From the IMG/VR virus record IMGVR_UViG_2684623024_000001, positions 4,207 through 68,206 of that record: 64,000 bases of DNA. One strand, given 5' to 3'. A model generated the notes under the pieces. It was given only the letters and a program-made list of their open reading frames with translations. It did no database searches and was not told where the DNA came from. Of the stretch, positions 38,078 to 47,815 are shown piece after piece. Position 1 is the stretch's first letter; each line of letters begins with the position of its first letter. The DNA is from a virus. Taxonomy: Duplodnaviria; Caudoviricetes. The translations under genes and the position numbers were made by a program.

Positions 38078-38376
38078 GCCGCAGCCCTCATAACGCGCGA
38101 GAGCGGGCGGTGCGGCTCGACGATCCGGCCGTCCGGAAGCAGCTCACCGGTGTCGTCGAAGAGCAGGACGCCATTGCACAGCAGGCTCCAGCCTTGCTCG
38201 GGATGGCAGGCCACGGGATGCGCTGCTTCCCGGTCAGTGGCCTCCGCGGCGGGGCAGGCGGGACGGTGTTGACAACGGCGGTACGCGTCCGGCTTGCGGA
38301 ACACCGGTGACGTGGCGCGTGAGCTGGCTCGCACGGCAAGTTGGCCTTTCATCGCTGGGCTGGCGGCACTGGGCAT
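38074..38376 (-). CDS. DUF5999-like protein
   Basis: CQHRPACP...HPEQGWSLLCNGVLLFDDTGELLPDG. Confidence 0.8.
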   Translation of the reverse strand: MPSAASPAMKGQLAVRASSRATSPVFRKPDAYRRCQHRPACPAAEATDREAAHPVACHPEQGWSLLCNGVLLFDDTGELLPDGRIVEPHRPLSRVMRAAA

Positions 38377-38610
38377 GGCGACCGGCCGCCGCTCTCTCCG
38401 CGTAAGGAGCGGCGGCCGGGGCCCGGCTCCCTGCGCCGACGGGGGACGGCGTACCCACCAGGGAGCGGGCCGCTTCCTCCGCCCTGACCATCCCGGGACC
38501 AGGCCGTGCCCGTGTCGGCGAGCGCAGCGGTCGCGAGGTGGCGGAGGAAGCCATCTGCGGTCATCGCGGCGCAGGGGACAGCGGTCCGGCCGCGCGGAGA
38601 TGACCTGTTC

Positions 38611-38817
38611 TTAGGGGCCGAGGTGAACGACGTACTGGTAAGTGAGCCAGCCGACGACACCGATGGTGAAGGAACCGACCACGGCGGCCTGGCCGAGGCC
38701 GAATCCAGTGCTGCTGATCGCCTTGTCGTGGTTGCGAAGGAGCGTCTGGTAGGGATGCTTGATCGCCCAGCGCAGGCGCGGCAACCGGCGCTTCCTTCTA
38801 TGCGCGGCACTCATCAT
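38611..38817 (-). CDS. small membrane protein
   Basis: Basic N-terminus, C-terminal TM segment; GGGGGAGG RBS. Confidence 0.5.
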   Translation of the reverse strand: MMSAAHRRKRRLPRLRWAIKHPYQTLLRNHDKAISSTGFGLGQAAVVGSFTIGVVGWLTYQYVVHLGP

Positions 38818-38891
38818 CGCCTCCCCCACTTCGAGCCGAAGAGTGCGAGGAGTCCGAAGGCGACCACAATGCCTAAGCCGATGGATGTCAC
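38814..38891 (-). CDS. 25-aa single-TM peptide (not in ORF track)
   Basis: MTSIGLGIVVAFGLLALFGSKWGRR; GTGA and ATGA overlaps on both sides, GAGGAG RBS. Confidence 0.5.
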   Translation of the reverse strand: MTSIGLGIVVAFGLLALFGSKWGRR

Positions 38892-39103
38892 GACACCCGC
38901 TCCTCACCGGTGAGGACGCGGTGCAGGCGGCGCCAGGTCCGGGGAGCGTCCGAGACGTGGAAGAAGTCGGGTGCGCGCTCCTCCAGTTCGTGTCGCGCGT
39001 CGAGCTGTTCCATGGCCTGCTGAGGCGTACGGACCGGCAAGGGGTCGTACGTGGTGCCCGGCTGAATGATCCGGGGCGTGGTATCGCGGCGTCCCTCAAG
39101 CAT
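38888..39103 (-). CDS. hypothetical protein
   Basis: 71 aa, GGAGG RBS, divergent from XRE. Confidence 0.5.
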   Translation of the reverse strand: MLEGRRDTTPRIIQPGTTYDPLPVRTPQQAMEQLDARHELEERAPDFFHVSDAPRTWRRLHRVLTGEERVS

Positions 39104-39476
39104 GGGTTGCCTCCACGGTGTTGGTTGTGCCGGCTGCCAGTCGCATGGCACCTGGGTGAGGAATCGGAGCCGGAGCGCAGCCGCGCTCATCGGACAGGGA
39201 CGGATCTTCTTCTCCGCCACCCACGCGAACCGCACTGCACGGCGCGCTCCGGCCGCCGGCGCGGGCTCACCTCCCCCAGGAGATCGCCCCTCGCCGGCAC
39301 AACTACGTTGGCGCTTATGCGGCTTCATCGGCAACCGAATCTGCGTTGAATATTCAGCTGAAGACACATTGGTATATGCCGAGATCCGCACAAGGGGCTG
39401 CGGAGCCCGCACACGGGATGCCACACTCTGCGCACACCAGCAGGTGATCCGCACAGCGGTATGGGGAGGGCGCACA

Positions 39477-40373
39477 GTGGCAGCGAAGCGTGGGGCAACC
39501 GGACGACGTCTGGAACTCGGGCTCCAGCTACGGCAGATGCGGGAAAGCATCGTCATGAAGACCGGCAAGCCAATGACGCGCAAGGCTGCTGTCACCGGCA
39601 CGAAGCTCTCCGAGGCCGCGCTACAGCGCATCGAGACAGGCGCCCTGAACTTCCGGAACGTCGGTGACCTACGCAAGTTGCTGGACAAGTACGGCGTCAC
39701 AGACGAGGAGGTCATCGAGACTCTTGTCGAGCTGAACCGCGACTCGTCGAACCAGGACTGGGTGACCCGCTACCGCAGAGTCATGCAGGCCGGTATGCCG
39801 ACCTTCGTGGGAGTCGAGTCGGAGGCGCGGGAGATCCGCGTGTACCAACCGACGGCAGTCCATGGCTTGTTGCAGACCGAGGGTTATGCTCAGGCCATAT
39901 TCGACATCGGGAAGCCGGTCGAGGAGACCACCACGGAGTTCTGCCGCCAGAACGTCGCGCTTCGCATGGAGCGCAAGGAGAGGGTCCTGCGGCGGGAGCC
40001 CGATCCGGTCAAGCTGTGGGTGATCCTGGGTGAGGCGGCGCTGCGCCACATCGTTGGGGACATAGAGGTGATGCGTGAGCAGTACGAAGAGATCACGAAG
40101 CTGGCTGCACTCGATCATGTAGCGATTCAAGTGCTCCCCCTCGCCGGCCGGGGCTACCGCGCATCCCACGACTTCGCCATCCTCGACCTTGGCGATGGTC
40201 TGCCACCGATGGTGCAGATCGACACCGCCTGGGGTGCCGTCTCGACCTCCGACAAGCCACGCGAGGTCGATAGGTTCAAGCGCCGATTCGACACGATGAT
40301 GTCCTCGGCGCTCCCGCCAGAGGACACCGCCGAGTTCATGCAACGACTAGACCGAGAGTTGAAGAGCCATTAA
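39477..40373 (+). CDS. XRE-family HTH regulator with DUF5753 domain
   Basis: RRLELGLQLRQMRE...RIETG; GLLQTEGYA; ILGEAAL...MREQ; paired with DUF397. Confidence 0.9.
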   Translation: MAAKRGATGRRLELGLQLRQMRESIVMKTGKPMTRKAAVTGTKLSEAALQRIETGALNFRNVGDLRKLLDKYGVTDEEVIETLVELNRDSSNQDWVTRYRRVMQAGMPTFVGVESEAREIRVYQPTAVHGLLQTEGYAQAIFDIGKPVEETTTEFCRQNVALRMERKERVLRREPDPVKLWVILGEAALRHIVGDIEVMREQYEEITKLAALDHVAIQVLPLAGRGYRASHDFAILDLGDGLPPMVQIDTAWGAVSTSDKPREVDRFKRRFDTMMSSALPPEDTAEFMQRLDRELKSH

Positions 40374-40380
40374 CACTCAC

Positions 40381-40599
40381 ATGCACCACCCCACGGCCCC
40401 CGAACTGGCGCCCGAGAGCGCCTGGTACAAGTCGTCGTACAGCAGCGGCGACACGGGCAACTGCATCGAGATTGTCAACCTGAGCAGTCAGATCGGCATC
40501 CGCGACTCCAAAGACACGAGCGGACCGGCGCTCGTCGTGTCGACTGCCGCGTGGTCGTCGTTCGTAGACCTCGTGCGTTCAGGTGATGTCGACCTGTAG
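40381..40599 (+). CDS. DUF397 protein
   Basis: WYKSSYS...NCIEI...IRDSKD..GPAL...AW..F. Confidence 0.93.
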   Translation: MHHPTAPELAPESAWYKSSYSSGDTGNCIEIVNLSSQIGIRDSKDTSGPALVVSTAAWSSFVDLVRSGDVDL

Positions 40600-40607
40600 T
40601 CATGGCA

Positions 40608-40648
40608 CGGAGTGGTCCTCCCCAGGGGATTTGGGGAGGACCACTCCG
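40608..40648. terminator. Stem-loop between convergent genes at the island edge
   Basis: CGGAGTGGTCCTCCCCA...TGGGGAGGACCACTCCG. Confidence 0.75.
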
Positions 40649-40686
40649 CGTCTGCGCTTCACCCTGACGTACGGGTCCGACAATCG

Positions 40687-41559
40687 TCAGGTCGCACGTG
40701 GAGCGTACGCATGTTCTGACCTCTTCTCCCCATCGCTGCGCTGCCGCGGTAGCTGGGCATCCGGCCTAGGGCCGAAGGCCCGCCGACAGCGCGGATGCGA
40801 GATGGGCCACTCTGCTGCGTCCTCGACGGCTCGGAGCGTTCCAGTCGCCTTGTCCGGGTCCTGGTGAGAAGTCCACCCGCAGTCGGAGCCGTCGAAGACC
40901 TCAACGAAGCTGACACCGGCTTGGCGGGACCGGTTGAGGGTGCCCGCGTTGTACGCGACGGCTGACTTCGCGAGCGTGGCAGCCTCTGCCCACGCACGCA
41001 CCGGGACGCGGGCTCCGTTGCGGTAGATGACGTGCGTCAGCTTGTGCTTCGCGGCGAGCCGGTCCGCGAGGTTCTTCGCGGCCCGCTTCGCGGTCATGTT
41101 GCCCGCTGCCAGCAGTGGCACTTCGCGGCGAGCAGCCTGCCGCACTGCCCGGTAGAACTGGCTGGCCATCCGTTCGGCTTCCTCGGAGCGGCGCAGGAAG
41201 TCGGCGTAGGAATCTGCTGCGAGCGACTGCAGTGCGTCACGGTGGAACGTGGTCCAGGTGAAGGTCACGCCCAGGGCCTCGGCAGCCGTCCGCCCGCCCT
41301 CTTCGTACAGATGAGGGAGCTGCCGCTGTACGAACTGCCGGGCCTCTTGATCCACGCGCTGCCGGAAGTCCCTGATCGCCTGCTTGAACTCCTCCAGAGT
41401 CGCCAGGGTGTAGGGAGTACGCGGATTGTCCGCGAACTTGGCGATCACCTCCCGCTGTTTGGCCTCCAGGCGCTGCCAGGCGTCCTCGAGTACGGCTGCG
41501 ACGCGGCGCGCGATCTCGTCGGAGTCGCCGGGTATCAGTGGCGGCCACTCGTACGGCAT
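40687..41559 (-). CDS. Minor capsid / head morphogenesis (MuF-like) protein
   Basis: C-terminal DCGW...HPRCRR motif. Confidence 0.75.
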   Translation of the reverse strand: MPYEWPPLIPGDSDEIARRVAAVLEDAWQRLEAKQREVIAKFADNPRTPYTLATLEEFKQAIRDFRQRVDQEARQFVQRQLPHLYEEGGRTAAEALGVTFTWTTFHRDALQSLAADSYADFLRRSEEAERMASQFYRAVRQAARREVPLLAAGNMTAKRAAKNLADRLAAKHKLTHVIYRNGARVPVRAWAEAATLAKSAVAYNAGTLNRSRQAGVSFVEVFDGSDCGWTSHQDPDKATGTLRAVEDAAEWPISHPRCRRAFGPRPDAQLPRQRSDGEKRSEHAYAPRAT

Positions 41560-41566
41560 GGCCGCT

Positions 41567-41893
41567 CTACCTTGTACGCCGAGACGGCAGGAGCGGCGCG
41601 GTGACCAGGTCGGCGCTGGCCCCTCCTGCCGCCGGATCATCCGGGGCGACGAGTCCAGTGAGGCCCGTGATCTGGCGCTCCAGTCCGGCAAGGTTGTTGC
41701 TCTGATCGATAGTGACCACGCCGTCAACGGTCATGCGCAGCGGTTCAGCGAGCAGCTTGGCACGGCGTTCGGCAAGAACCTCTGCGGCGACCGCGCGGGC
41801 TCGTCCGAGTCGGGCGTAGCGGGCAGCGAGGTCTTGTTCGTCCGTGGCGGTGCCGAGCTGCGCCCGAAGCCAGGCGAGGAGGATCGGGTCCAT
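41567..41893 (-). CDS. head-tail connector-like protein
   Basis: 108 aa; synteny after capsid. Confidence 0.55.
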   Translation of the reverse strand: MDPILLAWLRAQLGTATDEQDLAARYARLGRARAVAAEVLAERRAKLLAEPLRMTVDGVVTIDQSNNLAGLERQITGLTGLVAPDDPAAGGASADLVTAPLLPSRRTR

Positions 41894-41964
41894 CAGTGCT
41901 CCTGGATGGCCGTGGCCCGCCCCCACCAAGGCGGGGCGGGGACGGGCTGAGGTGTCGTGTGCTC

Positions 41965-42252
41965 TTACTCGTCGGCGTCGGCGGCCTTCCTGCGCCGCCT
42001 CGGTGCCGGAGCCGTGGGTTCGGGCTCGGGCTCGGGCGGCGCGGTAAAGCCGAAGGGCTTCGGCTCGTCCTTCTTCGGCTCGTCCGGCTCGGACTCCTCC
42101 AGGCCGGGCGACGGCTCGTCGTCCTCCCAGGCATCCGGATTGGTGATCTCCGCGGCCAGGTCGTCGTCGGGCTCGTCACCCGGCTCCAACACGATCCACT
42201 CGCGCGAAGTCGGGTGCTGGACATGGACGGCGGTGGCGAGGCGGCGGCCCAT
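41965..42252 (-). CDS. hypothetical capsid-associated protein
   Basis: LEPGDE...ITNPDAW; coupled to the capsid gene. Confidence 0.65.
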   Translation of the reverse strand: MGRRLATAVHVQHPTSREWIVLEPGDEPDDDLAAEITNPDAWEDDEPSPGLEESEPDEPKKDEPKPFGFTAPPEPEPEPTAPAPRRRRKAADADE

Positions 42253-43307
42253 CAGATCACCTTGGCCACGATGTGAGCGTCCGGCGTGTGCAGTACAGGC
42301 ATCCCGACCGCCGCGCCCTTGGTCCAGATCTGAACCGGGTCATCCTGCGCACCGCGCGTGATGATGATGCCCGGACGGTCCTCCTTGGTGATCTCCGGGT
42401 TCGTGCCGCGCGACAGGGCCAGGCCCTCGGCGGTCACACCGAAGATCGTCTGCCCCCACTTCGTGCGGTCCGGCGGGAGCATGATCCACCGGTCTTCCGG
42501 GAGCACCTTTGTCTGGACGCCATCGACGCGCACCTGGCCCTTGTAGAAGGTGATCGGGGGCAGGCCGTAGTTATCGCGGACCACGTTGATCTGCTGCGGG
42601 GTGAGCGTCGCGGTCGGGGTGTTCGAGGGGTTCACCGAACCGTAGTAGGCGGCGCGGTAGGCGTTGTTGGCGGCGAGGAAGCTGAACGCCTTGCGGCTGG
42701 TGACCACCATGTCGGGGAACGGGGCGCCCCGGTCGTCGAGGTACTGGATCCACGCCAGCTCGTCCTTGATCGGGTCGGAGGTGGGGTCCGACCACAGCTT
42801 CGGCGCAGTCGGCAGATTGCCCGCCGGCACGCCCCAGTCCACCTCGATCGTCAGGCCGTTCTCCGCGTTGAGGGAGAACTTGCCGTCGACCAGGACGTCA
42901 CCCCAGGCGAGTTCGACACGGGAGCGGATCGCCTCAACGTGCCGCTCGGTGTCGTCGTACAGCAGCTCGATCAGCCGGTCCTCGTCGGCACCGCGGGACG
43001 CCTCCAGCAGGATCTGCTCCTGCTCTCCGACGAGCAGCTTCTGTCCGAGCGGCGGCAGCATGCCCTCGCGGGTGGTCTGCCACGCCTCGCGGGAGGCGAA
43101 CGGCACCGACGCGTCGAATGCCCGGTACTTTGCGACGTTCACGTAGCGGCCGTTGTCCTTGACCCGCCACTTCACCTCGTCCTGCTCCAGCGTCGGGATG
43201 ATCCCGCCGTCCTGGGTGAGCAGGTGGTCCTTCTGCGAGGGGATGGCGCGGGCGAAAGTCGTGAGATCGCGGGCGGCGACGTTCTTGATCAGGTCCTGAA
43301 TGGTCAT
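42252..43307 (-). CDS. Major capsid protein (lambda gpE-like)
   Basis: 351 aa; YRAFDA...LPPLGQK...AVGMPVL; follows the decoration protein. Confidence 0.9.
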   Translation of the reverse strand: MTIQDLIKNVAARDLTTFARAIPSQKDHLLTQDGGIIPTLEQDEVKWRVKDNGRYVNVAKYRAFDASVPFASREAWQTTREGMLPPLGQKLLVGEQEQILLEASRGADEDRLIELLYDDTERHVEAIRSRVELAWGDVLVDGKFSLNAENGLTIEVDWGVPAGNLPTAPKLWSDPTSDPIKDELAWIQYLDDRGAPFPDMVVTSRKAFSFLAANNAYRAAYYGSVNPSNTPTATLTPQQINVVRDNYGLPPITFYKGQVRVDGVQTKVLPEDRWIMLPPDRTKWGQTIFGVTAEGLALSRGTNPEITKEDRPGIIITRGAQDDPVQIWTKGAAVGMPVLHTPDAHIVAKVI

Positions 43308-43320
43308 CGTCGGTCGCCTC

Positions 43321-43740
43321 TCACACGTACCGGATCTGGGGACCGGTCACCGACGGGGTGACCTTGCTGGTGTCGATGCCGCCGGGGACCTTCGCGGCCA
43401 CAACGACGCCGTGCCACAGCAGCGCGGCGGGGGCCTTCGTTGCGGTCGGCGCGAACAGCACCTCGGCGAAGACGTGACCAGCCAGGACCTGGCGGCCGTC
43501 GGTCGCCGCCGGGTCGAAGGCGCCGTACAGGCCACTCGCGGTGATCTTGCCGACGGGCACACCGGACAGCACCCGGCTGTACGGCTGGTTGGTGTCGGCC
43601 GACGCGGCAGTGTGCGTGCCTGCGGTCAGCTTCGACATGTCGAGCGTGATGGTCTCGGTGGAGTCGGTGCCGTGCAGCGCCGCGAGCCAGGCCCGGTCGG
43701 CGGTGTACGACGTCGATGTGGTGATGGGCTGGAGTGTCAC
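43321..43740 (-). CDS. Head decoration protein
   Basis: SGVPVGKITASGLYG...DGRQVLAG...LLWHG. Confidence 0.85.
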   Translation of the reverse strand: MTLQPITTSTSYTADRAWLAALHGTDSTETITLDMSKLTAGTHTAASADTNQPYSRVLSGVPVGKITASGLYGAFDPAATDGRQVLAGHVFAEVLFAPTATKAPAALLWHGVVVAAKVPGGIDTSKVTPSVTGPQIRYV

Positions 43741-43889
43741 AGCCGTCCTCCCGTGGACGTGAAGCGAATCGGATTCGCGCACTCACCTGGTGGTGGCGCC
43801 GTCCACGGGAGGAGCGAGGGGCGTGGTCCCCATGTCCGGCCTGCCCGCCGGTGGGGTCATGGTGTGCGCCATGACGTCGCTGAGCCTGG

Positions 43890-44579
43890 TCAGTCGGAGC
43901 TGATGAAGCCCCGACGCCGAGCCATTTCCAACCCGGCCGCGCCGGGCTTGGGCGGCAGGCCGCCACGCGATGGCGGCCCGCCGGCGGGAGATCCGCCAGG
44001 AGCGGGCGGTGTGGTCTCGCGGGTCTGGCCGAACAGCTCCGGTCGCCGCTCCTTCAACTGCTCGGCAGCCGCGGCGACCGCATCCTCGTCGGCGTCGGGA
44101 TGGTCGTCGAGGGCCCGGTCGATGAGAAGTATGGCGTCGCTGAGGTCGTCTCCGGCTGCGCCGAGTCCAGCGAGAGCCGCACGTCGGATGGCGGCGCATT
44201 CCCGGGCTGCGGCCTGGGCCTCGCGGGTCTCGGCCGTCCTCAGCATTTCCTCGGCGGCCTGCTCCCGGCGTTCGACCTCCGTCAGCGCGGCCTGTTCGGC
44301 GTCGCGCTTGGCGGTGATGAACTCGGTCAGCGCCTCGGAGTTGTCGAAGCCAAGTTCGCCGAGCAGCTTCTTGACGGCGGCGCGTCCGCCTTGCGTCTTC
44401 TCGCGGGCCAGCAGCCGAGACAGATCCTCCTGCGAGACGGCATCGCCCAGCGTCCCGCCGTCGCCTTCGCGCTTGTTGGAGTCATCCTCCGGGGAAGCAC
44501 CGAGGATCGGGTAGATCGGCCGCCCGTTACGACGGTGCCCGAGCGGCACGTGCGGGTTAGGGAGCATAGGGCGCGTCAT
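43890..44579 (-). CDS. Capsid scaffolding protein
   Basis: Coiled coil, RPELF, located before decoration/capsid genes. Confidence 0.75.
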   Translation of the reverse strand: MTRPMLPNPHVPLGHRRNGRPIYPILGASPEDDSNKREGDGGTLGDAVSQEDLSRLLAREKTQGGRAAVKKLLGELGFDNSEALTEFITAKRDAEQAALTEVERREQAAEEMLRTAETREAQAAARECAAIRRAALAGLGAAGDDLSDAILLIDRALDDHPDADEDAVAAAAEQLKERRPELFGQTRETTPPAPGGSPAGGPPSRGGLPPKPGAAGLEMARRRGFISSD

Positions 44580-44719
44580 GCGTGAACCATCCACAGGTCT
44601 CCAGCGCCCCCGCACCGATGATCAGTCTAGCGATCTGCGGGACCGGGCTGTTTCCTCATGGGCTTGACAGCTCAAGTCGGGCGACGCCGGTGATCGCAGG
44701 CCCGAAGGGAGGGTTTCCA

Positions 44720-45694
44720 TTACGCCTCTGGAAGAGGAGTGATGGCGTGCACGATTGTGGCAGCGTGATCACAAGCGGCCACAACTTCGGCCCATGTGGG
44801 CCGCACCCCCGCATGCGCAGCCCGATTCCTGATGTTTGCGAGTTGCGCGCCAAGCTTGTTCTTGGACACACCTGGATCCGCGCCCAGCTCCGTACAAAGA
44901 CTGTGCAGACTCATCAGTCCATTGACACCCTTGATCACTTCATCGATGAATGACGCACCGACGCCCCTCGAAGTGAGTTCGCGAGTGATGTAGCCACCCA
45001 TCGCCACCTCGACGGCCGTGGCCGCATCAACGACTGCTTTGCGGGGCATGGCCCCAACCTTCGCCTCCACAGCTTCGAGTAGCGTGCGGTGCTCGGGAGG
45101 GAGCAATTCGCCAGCAGAAGCACGCCGCATCGCACCGGCAACTTGGTCTCGGTTGAGGGGCCTTGGCCAGACATACACGCCTCGTTCCCTCGGCCCGTTG
45201 CTGATGACCGCTCCTTGATCGTCCACAACGTGCACAACGGAAGGGAGGTACGGGTCGAAGTCCTGCATCGGCTCACCACTCCAGGCACAGGCCCATTCCT
45301 GGAAGATGCGGAACCACGAGAAGAACTTGTTACCGAGATCACGAACAGGCTCGTCCAGCACATCCTCTTCAGGATCGAGGATCGGCGAGATGGCTACTGC
45401 CTCGACGTAGCAGATGCGCTGCGTGCTGCGATACCCCCACACATCCGTGCAGGTGCGCAGCAGGGCCTTGGGCAGCGCCTCACCGGTCACGTCAGGCGGC
45501 GCGATGAGTCGGTCCAGCCGCCCAAGGCGGTCAGGGGGCGGGGTGAACTGGGCTTCACCTTCGAGGACGGGAAGGGTAACCGTGACTTGGTGTCTTCCGA
45601 TCGTCACGTCTAAGGCAAGCCCCAACACCTCCACATCAACGGGCACAGGGCGCGGGAACTGGGCTATGCCGGGGTACCGATGGTGGGACGACAT
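44720..45694 (-). CDS. Hypothetical moron with C-terminal HEPN-like Rx4H motif
   Basis: IRNRAAH; AATAVE helix; inserted between portal and scaffold. Confidence 0.55.
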   Translation of the reverse strand: MSSHHRYPGIAQFPRPVPVDVEVLGLALDVTIGRHQVTVTLPVLEGEAQFTPPPDRLGRLDRLIAPPDVTGEALPKALLRTCTDVWGYRSTQRICYVEAVAISPILDPEEDVLDEPVRDLGNKFFSWFRIFQEWACAWSGEPMQDFDPYLPSVVHVVDDQGAVISNGPRERGVYVWPRPLNRDQVAGAMRRASAGELLPPEHRTLLEAVEAKVGAMPRKAVVDAATAVEVAMGGYITRELTSRGVGASFIDEVIKGVNGLMSLHSLCTELGADPGVSKNKLGAQLANIRNRAAHAGVRPTWAEVVAACDHAATIVHAITPLPEA

Positions 45695-45747
45695 GCGTCG
45701 ATTATCCGGGGCACAGCCACCGTGAAGCTCGGAGTTTCCCCCTTACC

Positions 45748-47580
45748 TCACTCGCCACGTGCTTCGGCTGGAATCAGGGGCGTGTTCGGCAACTCCGGGT
45801 CGGCTTCGGGCAGCCCGAGGTATTCGCGGACAGCAGCATTGTCCCCGGTGGCGTCCGCGAGACGGGCGGCGGCCTCGAATGCGCGGGCCTGGATTCGCTC
45901 GATCTCCGCTTGGGCGTCTCCGATGGGATATCCGGCGTCGATCAGCATTCGGACGCCGGTCTCGACGGACAGCACACCGGCGCCCACGCCCTTGACCACC
46001 TCGTCGAGCACGGCGGCACGGTCGGTGGGGGTGTGCGGCCCCCACATCAAGCGCGAGGGAAGGGACTCCCCCGCGGGCCATCCCTCGGCCTGCCCGGCCT
46101 GGTGGAGCCGCTGCACCATGCGCAGCAGGATGGCGTACTTGTGATTGCGGGCCAGGCGCATTGCGGCGACCAACGTGTCTAGCGGGCCGAGGGCCAGCTG
46201 TAGGGCGTACCCGGAAGGCAGGGCTGTTGGGTCGAGAGTGCCGAGGCCGGCGGCCGTGAGGCGGGAGTTCGCGGCGATGCGGTCGAGGATGTGGTCGACG
46301 CGGGCGCGCAGTTCGGCGAGCTGGGCGGAGGTGTCCAGGACATCCATGCGTCCGTTGTCGTTGAGCTGCCACACCGTCCCGGCCCGGACCTTGACCGGGA
46401 GAGGTTGGCCGGTGGCGCGGTCGATGGGCAGGCGGGCACCGGCCAGGCCGATGATCGGCGAGCCGGTGGTGGCCGAGGCACCGGAGCTGTCGGTGTCGGT
46501 GGCGGACAGCTCATCGAGGGCCTGGAGGACGGTGGCGACGGTCGGCTTGCCCCAGTGCTCGCCACTGGCAGGGATGGAGTTGGTGACGTGGATGAGGGGG
46601 ATGAAGTCCACCATCAGGTCGAGCCGGTCGAGGACTTCACCGTCGGATCGGACTCGGTAGGTGGCCTTGTGCATGGGCAGGTCGTAGAGGAAGTCGGCGT
46701 ACTTGAGGTCGTCCAACTCCCATTCGGCGTCGGTGAGATAGCACGTCCACGGGGTCGGCCGGTTCGGAGCCCACGGGTAAGTGCGGGTGATCACGCCGGT
46801 CTCCCTGTTGAGGGAGTCCCCCCTGGCGAGGACCGGTTCGCCGTCGTCGGCGTAGATGTACTCGCGCACGGCGTTGCCGTTCTTCGCGGTGCCGCGTCGG
46901 CTGGCCGGAGCGATCGGCCCGAGTTCGTAGGTGACGCGGCGGAGCCTGGCTTTCAGGCCGCGCCGCTTGTCCTCCGGCAGTTCCCAGGCCAGATGGACGC
47001 GCATGGGGAACTCGGCTCCGTCTTGCTCGCCGTCCTCGGGCCACTCCGGGAAGTACAGGCCCGGATCCCATGTGCGCAGCAGGACGCGGCCCTTTGCCGG
47101 GTCCCAGGCGAGGCTGTAGACCGCGTCGCCCAGCAGGATCGCTGTGCGCTCGGCCTGCTGGATGCGCAGCGGCAGCAGCTCCTTCTCAGCCCATGCCCTC
47201 AGCTTGTCCTGGACTGCGAGCGCCATAGCGGCCTCGTCCGTCGGTTCGTCGTCGCCGTGCTCCGCGCCCGCGACCGTGATGGTCTGGTCGGAGCCGAGGA
47301 GGTAGCCGAGGGCGGTGTCGACGAGCTTCGAGGCGTCGCCGAGTTCGCGCCGCTCGGTTCCCGCCTCGTCGTCCCCGGTTATGGCTGCGACCTGGCCGGC
47401 CTGGTTGGAGTCGTACGCGGCCAGCAGGCGGTAGGCGGCGAGGCGGCGCAGGTCCTCGTCGGGGACCCAGGATGAGGTCAGCTCCGCCCAGGCGTTGCGC
47501 CCCGGTCGGCGCGGGTCGGCCATGACTGGCTTGTAGTCCAGCCAGCTCCAGACGTCGGTGATCAGCTCGCGCAGGCCCAC
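45748..47580 (-). CDS. Portal protein
   Basis: 610 aa between terminase and scaffold; FIPLIHVTN...HWG...SGYAL. Confidence 0.85.
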   Translation of the reverse strand: MGLRELITDVWSWLDYKPVMADPRRPGRNAWAELTSSWVPDEDLRRLAAYRLLAAYDSNQAGQVAAITGDDEAGTERRELGDASKLVDTALGYLLGSDQTITVAGAEHGDDEPTDEAAMALAVQDKLRAWAEKELLPLRIQQAERTAILLGDAVYSLAWDPAKGRVLLRTWDPGLYFPEWPEDGEQDGAEFPMRVHLAWELPEDKRRGLKARLRRVTYELGPIAPASRRGTAKNGNAVREYIYADDGEPVLARGDSLNRETGVITRTYPWAPNRPTPWTCYLTDAEWELDDLKYADFLYDLPMHKATYRVRSDGEVLDRLDLMVDFIPLIHVTNSIPASGEHWGKPTVATVLQALDELSATDTDSSGASATTGSPIIGLAGARLPIDRATGQPLPVKVRAGTVWQLNDNGRMDVLDTSAQLAELRARVDHILDRIAANSRLTAAGLGTLDPTALPSGYALQLALGPLDTLVAAMRLARNHKYAILLRMVQRLHQAGQAEGWPAGESLPSRLMWGPHTPTDRAAVLDEVVKGVGAGVLSVETGVRMLIDAGYPIGDAQAEIERIQARAFEAAARLADATGDNAAVREYLGLPEADPELPNTPLIPAEARGE

Positions 47581-47815
47581 TGTGCCCCTCCAGGCAGTCG
47601 GCCCCGCGCCGCAGGCAATACCCTACGTGCCCGAGGTCCACCCCAAGATCGCTCATAACGACTTGGTAACGTCCAGTAGGGGCATGCCGGGGCTTCTATC
47701 GGGGTTTCAACGCATAATCGCTGCTCAAGCACCCGCAATTCTCACGTGACGACCTAAAGTCACCCTCTTGCATCAGGGTGACTGCGCTAGCCTTCATGGC
47801 ATGGGAGGTGGGGCG

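Noticed and set aside
27040-40760. Target-site duplication or transposase bounding the lanthipeptide island
   Set aside because: No terminal repeats or mobility gene recognised
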